From positions 23,529 to 87,528 of the forward strand of contig CAZBGZ010000004.1 of the NCBI GenBank assembly GCA_964491925.1: a stretch of 64,000 nt of DNA, written 5' to 3'. The stretch is from an uncultured Candidatus Saccharibacteria bacterium (GTDB lineage: Bacteria > Patescibacteriota > Saccharimonadia > Saccharimonadales > JAGQNJ01). Below, piece by piece: positions 10,284-17,991 of the stretch. The position numbers and the translations under genes are program-made. Numbering within the stretch: the stretch's first letter is position 1; every line of letters starts with the position of its first letter. Below the pieces are notes generated by a model. That model ran no database searches and had not been told where the DNA came from. It was given only the letters and a program-made list of their open reading frames with translations.

Positions 10284-10336
10284 GAGTGCCAATTTTACTT
10301 TTTGATCTGATTGCTGGGGATGTGGTTTTTGTAGGC

Positions 10337-11116
10337 TCAAGCAACACTGGCTAAGAATCTATCGTCAAGGAATTGCACAACTTTTTCGGCCTGATCGGGC
10401 ATTAAAAGTTCCATCGAACGAACGTCGAATTCCCGACGAGCAAAGTTTCTTGCACTTCGTGAGCTATCGGACATTGTTGCCTCAAGTACGAACTGCAACT
10501 CGGTTAACTCCTCAAATGGAACAACCCCCTCTACTCCTTCGTTCATTGCTAGATCAGCAGCCCAAGCACCTGCATGGCTAGCTATATGATCATCGATTTG
10601 GTCAAGCCCGGATGTTGCCCAAATAGTATCGGATTTACCTAGCAAAATTCCACCAGCGGCTCTCATAAGACCCGGGAACTCTGGATTAGCGCCATCTGGG
10701 CTAAAGCTGGACAACGTTTGATCTATTCTTATAGTCTCGGCTTTTCCAAAAGCATTCATTCTATATCGGGGCATATATTGTTTGAAAATTGGGTCAATTT
10801 CTTCAACTCCTAGTCCGGTAGGGGTATGAGGGTCATCGGACCTAATCCCGTTATAAAAATCTAATACAGCGTTACTCTTGGGACCCCTTAAGCCTATGTT
10901 AACCATCGTAAATGGGTTCAGCGTCCTGGATCTATTATTGTGACCAGCAACTATTGCCAACCCCAAATCTCCACGTTTTTTCGCATATCGTGTTTCTCGC
11001 CAACCACCACCGGCGTATATATTCTGCGCTGCTTGTTCTGTGGCTATAGCAACTGATAGAGCTACGACTGGCTCAGTCTCTAGATAACTCGCAAGATCAG
11101 CTTTATGTTTACTCAT
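10337..11116 (-). CDS. hypothetical protein (orphan, 259 aa); weak GlcG/DUF336-like motifs
   Basis: Clean 259-aa ORF with its own promoter. Weak resemblance to GlcG/HbpS family: LGLAIVAGHNN and GGILLGKSDTIWATSGLDQIDDHIASHAG versus the GG-h-P...IGAxGVSG...D motif. Not verified. Confidence 0.6.
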   Translation of the reverse strand: MSKHKADLASYLETEPVVALSVAIATEQAAQNIYAGGGWRETRYAKKRGDLGLAIVAGHNNRSRTLNPFTMVNIGLRGPKSNAVLDFYNGIRSDDPHTPTGLGVEEIDPIFKQYMPRYRMNAFGKAETIRIDQTLSSFSPDGANPEFPGLMRAAGGILLGKSDTIWATSGLDQIDDHIASHAGAWAADLAMNEGVEGVVPFEELTELQFVLEATMSDSSRSARNFARREFDVRSMELLMPDQAEKVVQFLDDRFLASVA

Positions 11117-11123
11117 TGACGTT

Positions 11124-11152
11124 ATTATATCATTTTTTGACCGGAGTGTCTA
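11124..11152 (-). promoter_or_regulatory. promoter TAGACA-17-TATAAT, 7 nt before ATG 11116 (leaderless-type)
   Basis: rc of 11147-11152 = TAGACA (overlaps the nusA TAG stop), 17-nt spacer, rc of 11124-11129 = TATAAT, then 7 nt (aacgtca) to the ATG. No Shine-Dalgarno. Confidence 0.55.
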
Positions 11153-12352
11153 TTCTTCGGTGCCGTGCTCTTCTACGGCGTCAAGCAAGCTGCTTTCTAG
11201 TTCACTTTTTTTCTTCAATTTCTTTGGCTTTTTATCTTCTTTTGGCTGTTCAGCTGTTGGTTGTTTTTCCACGTCAGACGCTTCAACTGGCGCTAACTCG
11301 TCGGGTGTTTGTTTTTGGTCTGATTCGATATCAAGTTCGTACCCCGAAATCTTGCTGGCTAAACGCACGTTTTGCCCGCTTTTACCGATAGCGATACTTA
11401 ACTGGTCTTCTGGAACCACTACTGTGGCTTTGTGCTTGGCTTCGTCGATTCCAACTCTAGTAACTTTTGTAGGGCTAAGAGCATTTGTTATGAATGTTTT
11501 GATATCGTCATCCCATACTACAATGTCGATTTTCTCTTGCTCTCCCACCTCTGACATAACAGCATTAACACGTGTTCCGTGGCCACCGACGAATGTTCCG
11601 ACTGGGTCAACTCCCTGAACAGTACTGTTTACAGCTAGTTTTGTTCGGACACCAGCTTCTCGGGCAATTTTCTTGATCTCTACTGCGCCACTTTCCATCT
11701 CAGGAACTTCATTTCTAAATAGCCATTCGACAAATTCAGTCGAACCACGAGAAACAATTAGTTGTGGACCTCGCTGGCCTCGTTCAACGTCTTTTAGGTA
11801 GACTTTCACCCTTTGTCCCGGGTAGTAATGTTCGCCTTGGATTTGCTCACTAGCCGGCATGATCCCTTGGGCCTTGCCTAGCTCTACGCGCACAAGTCGT
11901 CCTTCTACGCGGGCAACAATTCCATTTAGTACTGTGCCGATTTTGTCTTCGTATTCTGCTAGGATTATTTCACGCTCTGCTTCTCGCAGCCTTTGTAAAA
12001 TAACTTGTTTAGCAGTTTGGGCGGCTACACGGCCAAAACTTTCTACTTTTTCGTGAACTTCGATCTCGTCACCAAGTTTTGCGTTTTTTTTCATAACCTG
12101 TGCATCTTTTAGACTAATGTCGTATTTTGCATCGTGGATTTTTTCAACGACGTCTTTCGTAACGTAAGCGTCCACATCCCCAGTATTGAGGTTCATGGAT
12201 ACGCGGACTTCTTGTTCGCGGTCGCCATAATCACGTCGATATGCAGCCGCTAAAGCTTGTTCTACAGTTTCTTGCACGACTTCTTCGGGCAAGTTTTTTT
12301 CTTCGGCGATTGTCCTTACAGCCAATGCTAGTTGTTTCATGTCTAATTCCAT
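11150..12352 (-). CDS. nusA: transcription termination/antitermination factor NusA
   Basis: 400 aa. NusA N-terminal domain, S1 domain, two KH domains (GKSGQNVRLASKI), acidic/Lys-rich tail. AAGGAG Shine-Dalgarno 7 nt upstream. Confidence 0.93.
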   Translation of the reverse strand: MELDMKQLALAVRTIAEEKNLPEEVVQETVEQALAAAYRRDYGDREQEVRVSMNLNTGDVDAYVTKDVVEKIHDAKYDISLKDAQVMKKNAKLGDEIEVHEKVESFGRVAAQTAKQVILQRLREAEREIILAEYEDKIGTVLNGIVARVEGRLVRVELGKAQGIMPASEQIQGEHYYPGQRVKVYLKDVERGQRGPQLIVSRGSTEFVEWLFRNEVPEMESGAVEIKKIAREAGVRTKLAVNSTVQGVDPVGTFVGGHGTRVNAVMSEVGEQEKIDIVVWDDDIKTFITNALSPTKVTRVGIDEAKHKATVVVPEDQLSIAIGKSGQNVRLASKISGYELDIESDQKQTPDELAPVEASDVEKQPTAEQPKEDKKPKKLKKKSELESSLLDAVEEHGTEE

Positions 12353-12444
12353 AATATTTCTCCTTTATCCTGAGTTTGTCGAAGGATTTACCCTGTGTTA
12401 GTCGAAGGGTTTCCTTAAAATGCGTCAGAATTTTTATTAAAAAA

Positions 12445-12463
12445 TCCGACCAAACTGGCCGGA
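12445..12463 (-). terminator. putative intrinsic terminator inside the nusA upstream region
   Basis: Minus strand CCGGCCAGTTTGGTCGGA hairpin (7 bp, one mismatch) followed by TTTTTTAATAAAAATT. Confidence 0.4.
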
Positions 12464-12568
12464 ATCTCTGACTATATTGTAGCAACCTTCGCCTTATATA
12501 GCAAGGCATGTATGGTGATTTCTTAATACACTTAAAAATTGTTATTTTAAATCTTTTTTGTGACGCCT

Positions 12569-12964
12569 TTATGCACTGTAAAGAATTTCGGTGCGGGTTA
12601 TATCACCCGCTGGTTGCTCTCGTAATCCCCTATCCAGAGGCAAACCATCTACTGCGTTCGCGACATCACTTTCCGTGAACGGTGGACATGGGACAACCCC
12701 TAAGTCAAAATCAGCACCAGAATCAATATCATGTAGAAGGGCTCTCTCTCCGATTTCTACGTAATGTGTGGTTCCCTTGTTCATAAAACCTATCGCAGCC
12801 TTTTGTGAGGCTATCCATACATCTGCGTCTACAGACCTGTCGTGAAAACGGCTTCCGACTCCGTAGCCTGCAACAACTGGCGTAGAGCCTTCCAAAAATG
12901 CTCTGAATTGCCTTTTGATGTCAAGTAACCGAGCTATTTGCCAGCTGGATCTCCGGGGTGCCAT
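12569..12964 (-). CDS. hypothetical protein (orphan, 131 aa); weak nucleotidyltransferase-like G-S...D-x-D pattern
   Basis: 131-aa ORF, looks GC-richer than neighbours by eye. VVAGYGVGSRFHDRSVDADVWIA loosely fits the Pol-beta/MNT hG[GS]-x(n)-DxD signature, but the spacing is only 7 residues. Confidence 0.5.
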   Translation of the reverse strand: MAPRRSSWQIARLLDIKRQFRAFLEGSTPVVAGYGVGSRFHDRSVDADVWIASQKAAIGFMNKGTTHYVEIGERALLHDIDSGADFDLGVVPCPPFTESDVANAVDGLPLDRGLREQPAGDITRTEILYSA

Positions 12965-13068
12965 TTAGGTGCATTCCAAAAAATAAATTCAGCACGCTCT
13001 ACTACTAGCGCCCTTCCTGCCTTCTCGACTAGCTCCACAACATTGGTGCGGTTTTCCATTGTCCTCAT
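12934..13068 (-). CDS. small ORF (44 aa) overlapping the start of the 131-aa ORF by 31 nt
   Basis: MRTMENRTNVVELVEKAGRALVVERAEFIFWNAPKWHPGDPAGK. ATG 13068 lies 8 nt after a perfect TTGACA-17-TATAAT promoter. Below the ORF-track size cutoff. Confidence 0.35.
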   Translation of the reverse strand: MRTMENRTNVVELVEKAGRALVVERAEFIFWNAPKWHPGDPAGK

Positions 13069-13076
13069 TTCACTAA

Positions 13077-13105
13077 ATTATAAACTTTCTTTATGATAGT
13101 GTCAA
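13077..13105 (-). promoter_or_regulatory. perfect consensus promoter TTGACA-17-TATAAT (leaderless-type)
   Basis: rc of 13100-13105 = TTGACA, 17-nt spacer, rc of 13077-13082 = TATAAT, 8 nt to ATG 13068. Confidence 0.6.
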
Positions 13106-13124
13106 TTACTATAACTCCCTCACC

Positions 13125-15707
13125 ATGGTACAATTTACGGATATGAGCAAAAATGTCACTCGATTATTCCAACAGTTCCGACCAGAAAATTACAAACTGG
13201 ATATAAACATTGATAAAAAAACAATGGCGTTTAGTGGCTCGGTAGTAATTCCCGGCAAAAAGGTAGGCAGGCCTAGCAAAAGAATTACCTTTCATCAAAA
13301 AGAGCTAAAAATTACAGGCGCAGTATTAACTAAACACGACAAAAAGAGCGAAACGCCAATAAAAATATCACGTATCAACCTGCACAAAACCTTTAGCGAG
13401 GTCAGATTACACTCCGACGATATGATTTACCCAGGCAAATACACTGTAGTCCTTGAATTCAGTGGCAAAATAACTGATGCCATGAACGGTCTCTACCCCT
13501 CTCGATATAAAGATAATGGCAATAATAAGATTATTTTCGGCACGCAGTTCGAGAGTCACCATGCCCGCGAAGTCTTCCCTTGCATCGATGAGCCAGAGGC
13601 AAAGGCTACATTCGACCTGTCAATAAATTCAGATGCTGGTGATATAGTATTGTCCAATACCCCGACAAAGTCACAAACAAATTCTGGCGGTCTTACAAAG
13701 TCAACTTTTGAGACTACCCCCATTATGCCGACGTATTTACTAGCTTTCGTAGTGGGAGACCTAAAATATAAAGAAGCAAAGACTAATGATGGGGTCGTTA
13801 TTCGTACCTATGCAACGCCAGACAAAGTCAATGAAACAGATTTTGCCCTAGATGTCGCTGTAAAAACACTAGAATTTTACAATCAGTACTTCGACATCCC
13901 TTATCCTCTAGAAAAACTAGACATGGTTGCCTTGCCGGATTTTGCAGCTGGTGCCATGGAAAACTGGGGCTTAGTGACCTACCGCGAGCACTGTTTGCTA
14001 GTAGATCCAAAAAACACTTCCGTGCCCACAAAACAGTACGTTGCTATGGTTGTTGCGCACGAGCTAGCTCATCAGTGGTTCGGCAACCTAGTAACCATGC
14101 GCTGGTGGACAGACTTATGGTTAAACGAAGGCTTTGCTAGCTGGATAGAATATATGGCTGTCGACAAAATATTTCCACAGTGGCAAATGTGGACGCAGTT
14201 TATCACGGACGAGCAGCAAGTCGCCTTAAGGCTAGATGCGCTAGACAATACTCATCCCATACGGGTTCCAGTTCACCATCCTGATGAAATCCGAACTATT
14301 TTTGACACAATCAGCTACGCCAAGGGGGCAAGTGCCATCCATATGTTGCATGACTACCTGGGCCCAGAGAACTTCCGTGACGGACTTCGCCACTACCTCA
14401 AAAAACATTCATACAAAAACACCGAAACCGTTGACCTGTGGCAAGCGCTAGAAGAAGTTTCCAAAAAAGATGTCAAAGGTTTCATGCATGCCTGGACCCG
14501 GCAACCTGGTTTCCCAATGGTAACCGCCTCATTCGAAGGGTCAAAAGCCACCGTTTCACAACAACGATTTTTCCTATCGAAACCAAGCAAAATAGAGAAA
14601 CCCTTACTGTGGCCCATACCACTTCGTGGCGGAAATGGTTTGACTGATGCTGTTCTATCAACAAAAAGCTCTAGTTTTTCACTAAACGGCATTAGTGACG
14701 ATTATTACATCAACAAAAGTCGTAGTGGGTTTTATAGAACATCTTATGACAGCTCTACAACCCAGAAACTTGCCAACTTAATAAGTGCAGGCAAAATAAC
14801 TCCACTCGCAAGATTAGGGTTATTATCAGACAGTTTCGAAGTTGCAAAAGCCGGATTCGGAAGCACAGAGAGTGCACTCTTGCTGTTATCGCATTTTGGC
14901 AATGAAGACAACGCGGCTGTTTGGGATTCTATAGCTAGCGCGGTTGGCGACGTTAAATCAGTAATGGGCAACGATGAAAACATCCGAGAAGCCATGAAAC
15001 CATTTGTACGTTCTATCGCTGCAAAACAGTTCCAACGCTTAGGTTGGCAGCCGAAAAAGGATGAGGATTATTTTGACACCTTACTGCGGTCGACGATTCT
15101 CGGTCTAATGTCTAGCTCCGACGATACTGATGTCATCAAACATTGCCAAAAACTGTTCCAGGGTTCTAAGTCTCCAGAAGATATCCAACCTGATATACGT
15201 AGCATTGTCTGGGGCACTGTCGCCAGGCATGGTGGCAAAAAAGAGTTCGACATATTTATTGATTGGCACAACCAATCGACCAATAGCGAAGTCCGCACAT
15301 CGCTAGCGTCGGCCATAACGGGCTTCAAGGACGTGGATTTGACCAAAGAAGCGCTTGCCATGGTGAAGACCAAAGATGTCCGCAACCAGGACGCAGCCTA
15401 TTGGATTGCTTATGCGCTAATGAATCGTTTTGGCCGAGATGCCGCCTGGCAATGGTTGCAACACAACTGGGACTGGCTAGAAGAAATACTAGGGACCGAC
15501 CTCAGCTTCTCGCGGTTTCCCATCTACGCAGCCCGCGTTTTTACAGGCAAAAAATACTTGAAACAATTTAAAGATTTCTTCGAACCGAAGATGTCACCAT
15601 CTTTAGAGCGATCTATAAAACAAGGTATCGAGATAATACAGTGGCACACCGACTGGTACGACCGCGATCATGCGGTAGTATTAGAATTTCTAAAAAAACA
15701 GAAATAA
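13125..15707 (+). CDS. pepN: M1-family aminopeptidase N
   Basis: 860 aa. GAMENWG exopeptidase motif, HELAHQWFGN...WLNEGFA zinc site, ERAP1-like C-terminal domain. Alternative start ATG 13143, preceded by TGgTACAAT. Confidence 0.93.
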   Translation: MVQFTDMSKNVTRLFQQFRPENYKLDINIDKKTMAFSGSVVIPGKKVGRPSKRITFHQKELKITGAVLTKHDKKSETPIKISRINLHKTFSEVRLHSDDMIYPGKYTVVLEFSGKITDAMNGLYPSRYKDNGNNKIIFGTQFESHHAREVFPCIDEPEAKATFDLSINSDAGDIVLSNTPTKSQTNSGGLTKSTFETTPIMPTYLLAFVVGDLKYKEAKTNDGVVIRTYATPDKVNETDFALDVAVKTLEFYNQYFDIPYPLEKLDMVALPDFAAGAMENWGLVTYREHCLLVDPKNTSVPTKQYVAMVVAHELAHQWFGNLVTMRWWTDLWLNEGFASWIEYMAVDKIFPQWQMWTQFITDEQQVALRLDALDNTHPIRVPVHHPDEIRTIFDTISYAKGASAIHMLHDYLGPENFRDGLRHYLKKHSYKNTETVDLWQALEEVSKKDVKGFMHAWTRQPGFPMVTASFEGSKATVSQQRFFLSKPSKIEKPLLWPIPLRGGNGLTDAVLSTKSSSFSLNGISDDYYINKSRSGFYRTSYDSSTTQKLANLISAGKITPLARLGLLSDSFEVAKAGFGSTESALLLLSHFGNEDNAAVWDSIASAVGDVKSVMGNDENIREAMKPFVRSIAAKQFQRLGWQPKKDEDYFDTLLRSTILGLMSSSDDTDVIKHCQKLFQGSKSPEDIQPDIRSIVWGTVARHGGKKEFDIFIDWHNQSTNSEVRTSLASAITGFKDVDLTKEALAMVKTKDVRNQDAAYWIAYALMNRFGRDAAWQWLQHNWDWLEEILGTDLSFSRFPIYAARVFTGKKYLKQFKDFFEPKMSPSLERSIKQGIEIIQWHTDWYDRDHAVVLEFLKKQK

Positions 15708-15770
15708 GCATTACTAGACTAAAGATCCAATTTGTGGGATTATCTGACACATGGCAGATAAAGGACATAT

Positions 15771-16010
15771 TTATGATGGATTTGTTGACCCCGCTGCATC
15801 TTCTTTCGTCCAGCGGATGGTTGTAAACAGCCTCGAATACCGTTCTTTTCGAACATGAAATCCTGGCACTAGAGATTATTCGATTGTACGGGCGTTGGCG
15901 CATATTTTCACAACCGCGTAATCGGATCTTGCCAGTTCAACGACGATACTATAAACCCGGCTAAGAGTCTTTTCAATATGGGATCTGGGAACCGTTGAAT
16001 AGGATTTCAA
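15771..16010 (-). pseudogene. possible decayed coding remnant with an in-frame TAA
   Basis: One minus-strand frame reads LKSYSTVPRSHIEKTLSRVYSIVVELARSDYAVVKICANARTIE-TAA-SLVPGFHVRKERYSRLFTTIRWTKEDAAGSTNPS. No recognisable family. Could be chance. Confidence 0.12.
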
Positions 16011-16090
16011 TTTACCATATTAAGACTCTAAATTTTTTTTAAATGCTAGCAAGCAAAATCAAAATTTTTGTATAACTAGGCACGCGAGTA

Positions 16091-16119
16091 TTGTTAATAC
16101 GTTGTTTTTATGCTATTAT
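16091..16119 (+). promoter_or_regulatory. promoter TTGTTA-17-TATTAT with TGc extended -10, 7 nt before ATG 16127
   Basis: TTGTTA 16091-16096, 17-nt spacer ending in tgc, TATTAT 16114-16119, then atgtttt and ATG. No Shine-Dalgarno. Confidence 0.5.
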
Positions 16120-16126
16120 ATGTTTT

Positions 16127-17026
16127 ATGACTAATTTCTTTGAAGAAAAAGTAATAGGTCATTACCTTGAGAGAGCAATAACAGAGCTTGATTTGCTAGG
16201 AAAAAGCGGAAATACATTAGCGAACAACCCTGAATTGATGCCGATTACCGGTGGTCTTCTACAAAAATTCGCGGGTAATTTTGCATGTAGGATTTATTTA
16301 GACAGCAGAGGACCTAGCCCATTACTTCTTTTGAGCCGTTTACTGCAATTCGACATTAACGACAGACCAGCTGATTCTAGACGGTCTTCTCAACTACTAG
16401 GGAATTTTGTTTTGCCGGCTCTTAATACCACCGCCAGCGAAAAAACCATAGCTGCGACCCAATCAACCAACGACGATACCAGTATTGCATGCATACAAAC
16501 CGAGGCTAGATTCGTTGGAGCGTTGAAACAAATTAATTCTAGGTCATACCAACTTCAAAACAGAGTAAGTGTAATTGTTGACGAAACCGGAACACCTGTA
16601 CTATTTCGTAAAGGAAGTGCCGAGAGTACAGCATTAACTCTGTGCAATCTCAAAGTTGATGGTTGTATATTCCCACCAGGAACCATAGTGGACATCAGAG
16701 GTAATAACGAAAATAATCCCACGCATACTATACAAAACAAACTGAATGGTCACCGTGAGCGACTTGATGTTTTTGCCATCCCAGATGATCTTACGGCAGC
16801 ACCGGTACGTTTAAGCCCGTGGGCTTTTCACGACCCACTAGATAGGGCAATTTTTGGCATGTCTGGAGGAATAATAAGGGAAGGTTCTGATTTACAGGCA
16901 TCACAAGACTTACATTTCAACCCCAGCCGTGCAGATATAGCAGTAAGCTACGAAATTGGCGATTTCAGAGATGCTGCGAGCCAAGTTTTAGTGCTCTGTG
17001 GTGCTGATGTGTCTGTTGCCGCCTAA
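16127..17026 (+). CDS. hypothetical protein (orphan, ~299 aa)
   Basis: The ORF track starts at TTG 16091, which coincides with the -35 hexamer. I prefer ATG 16127 (MTNFFEEKVIGHY...). No TM segment and no motif I recognise. Confidence 0.6.
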   Translation: MTNFFEEKVIGHYLERAITELDLLGKSGNTLANNPELMPITGGLLQKFAGNFACRIYLDSRGPSPLLLLSRLLQFDINDRPADSRRSSQLLGNFVLPALNTTASEKTIAATQSTNDDTSIACIQTEARFVGALKQINSRSYQLQNRVSVIVDETGTPVLFRKGSAESTALTLCNLKVDGCIFPPGTIVDIRGNNENNPTHTIQNKLNGHRERLDVFAIPDDLTAAPVRLSPWAFHDPLDRAIFGMSGGIIREGSDLQASQDLHFNPSRADIAVSYEIGDFRDAASQVLVLCGADVSVAA

Positions 17027-17364
17027 ATACTGTCGATGAATTCTGTTATTTGGTACTCGGGACCGGTGACCTCTGCCGCCGCAAGGCTGTAATCTCCATC
17101 CCAGTTGTTTTTTGATACCCAGAATTGGGCCGCAAATGCCATTTGTTTTTGTTTGGCGGGCGTTATGTACTGTATGCCACCGCCAAATTCATCTGATTTG
17201 CGGTACTTCACCTCAACAAATGAGACGACATTGTCTTTTTTTGCAACAATGTCTATTTCACACCAGCGAGTACGCCAGTTTTGGTCAAGGATTTTATAGC
17301 CTTGTTTTTTAAGATAAGCTGCAGCAGCGTCTTCAGCAGCCCTACCGGTGCTTGTAGTGCTCAT
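17023..17364 (-). CDS. yraN: YraN-family (UPF0102) endonuclease-like protein
   Basis: 113 aa. GRAAEDAAAAYLKKQGYKILDQNWRTRWCEIDIVAKK...SFVEVKYR is the typical YraN layout. Confidence 0.85.
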   Translation of the reverse strand: MSTTSTGRAAEDAAAAYLKKQGYKILDQNWRTRWCEIDIVAKKDNVVSFVEVKYRKSDEFGGGIQYITPAKQKQMAFAAQFWVSKNNWDGDYSLAAAEVTGPEYQITEFIDSI

Positions 17365-17927
17365 ACAAACACTGCCACAGGTTTATACGATAATCTGTGA
17401 ATGGGTGAAATCCCTAATTCTTTTAGTCTTTCTAGATGCATTTTTGTCCCGTAGCCAACATGTTTTTCGAATCCATAGCCAGGGTTTTCCGCAGCCAGCT
17501 CGGTCATTTTGTGATCACGTAGTACCTTAGCGTAAATGCTAGCCGCACTAACAATTGGAAATTCTGCATCGGCTTTAGCGATACACTGCACATTGGTAAA
17601 TTCTTCCCCGCAGTAGTTAATAATGCCATCTATAATAATCGCAGAATCCACCGTATATAAACTGTCTTTGTAAAGGTGCGTCAGGGCGCGCTTAACGCCT
17701 AGTTTCATGGCCTCTGTCAGGCCTAAAGAATCAATTTCAATCGGTTGTACCCATCCTTCACCAAATTTACATGACTCTATGAGAATCTGGTACAGTTTTT
17801 CGCGGTTTTTCTTTGACAAGACTTTAGAATCTTTTAACCCCACAGGTAGCGTTGTTTTAGCTGTTGCGGCTACTACCAGTAGTGGTCCTGCCCAACAACC
17901 CCGTCCAACTTCATCTATACCGATCAT
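17361..17927 (-). CDS. rnhB: ribonuclease HII
   Basis: 188 aa. IGIDEVGRGCWAGPL catalytic motif. 4-nt overlap with yraN. Confidence 0.92.
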   Translation of the reverse strand: MIGIDEVGRGCWAGPLLVVAATAKTTLPVGLKDSKVLSKKNREKLYQILIESCKFGEGWVQPIEIDSLGLTEAMKLGVKRALTHLYKDSLYTVDSAIIIDGIINYCGEEFTNVQCIAKADAEFPIVSAASIYAKVLRDHKMTELAAENPGYGFEKHVGYGTKMHLERLKELGISPIHRLSYKPVAVFV

Positions 17928-17939
17928 GTTTTAATCATA

Positions 17940-17970
17940 GCAAAAAACCGCTCATGGTTAGAGCGGTTTT
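17940..17970 (-). terminator. intrinsic terminator after rplS
   Basis: 8-bp stem AACCGCTC/GAGCGGTT (17946-17953 / 17961-17968), 7-nt loop, T6 run on the minus strand. Confidence 0.7.
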
Positions 17971-17991
17971 GTTATTACTAGTAAAAGACGG

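Noticed and set aside
12231-12509. 92-aa minus-strand ORF spanning the nusA start.
   Set aside because: It is out of frame with nusA and overlaps it. Its translation is Arg/Ile-rich noise. The region is better explained as the nusA leader.
15613-15903. 96-aa minus-strand ORF from the track.
   Set aside because: It overlaps the 3' end of pepN for ~95 nt, has poor composition and has no start signals. A different minus-strand frame in the same region looks more protein-like and is reported as a possible remnant.
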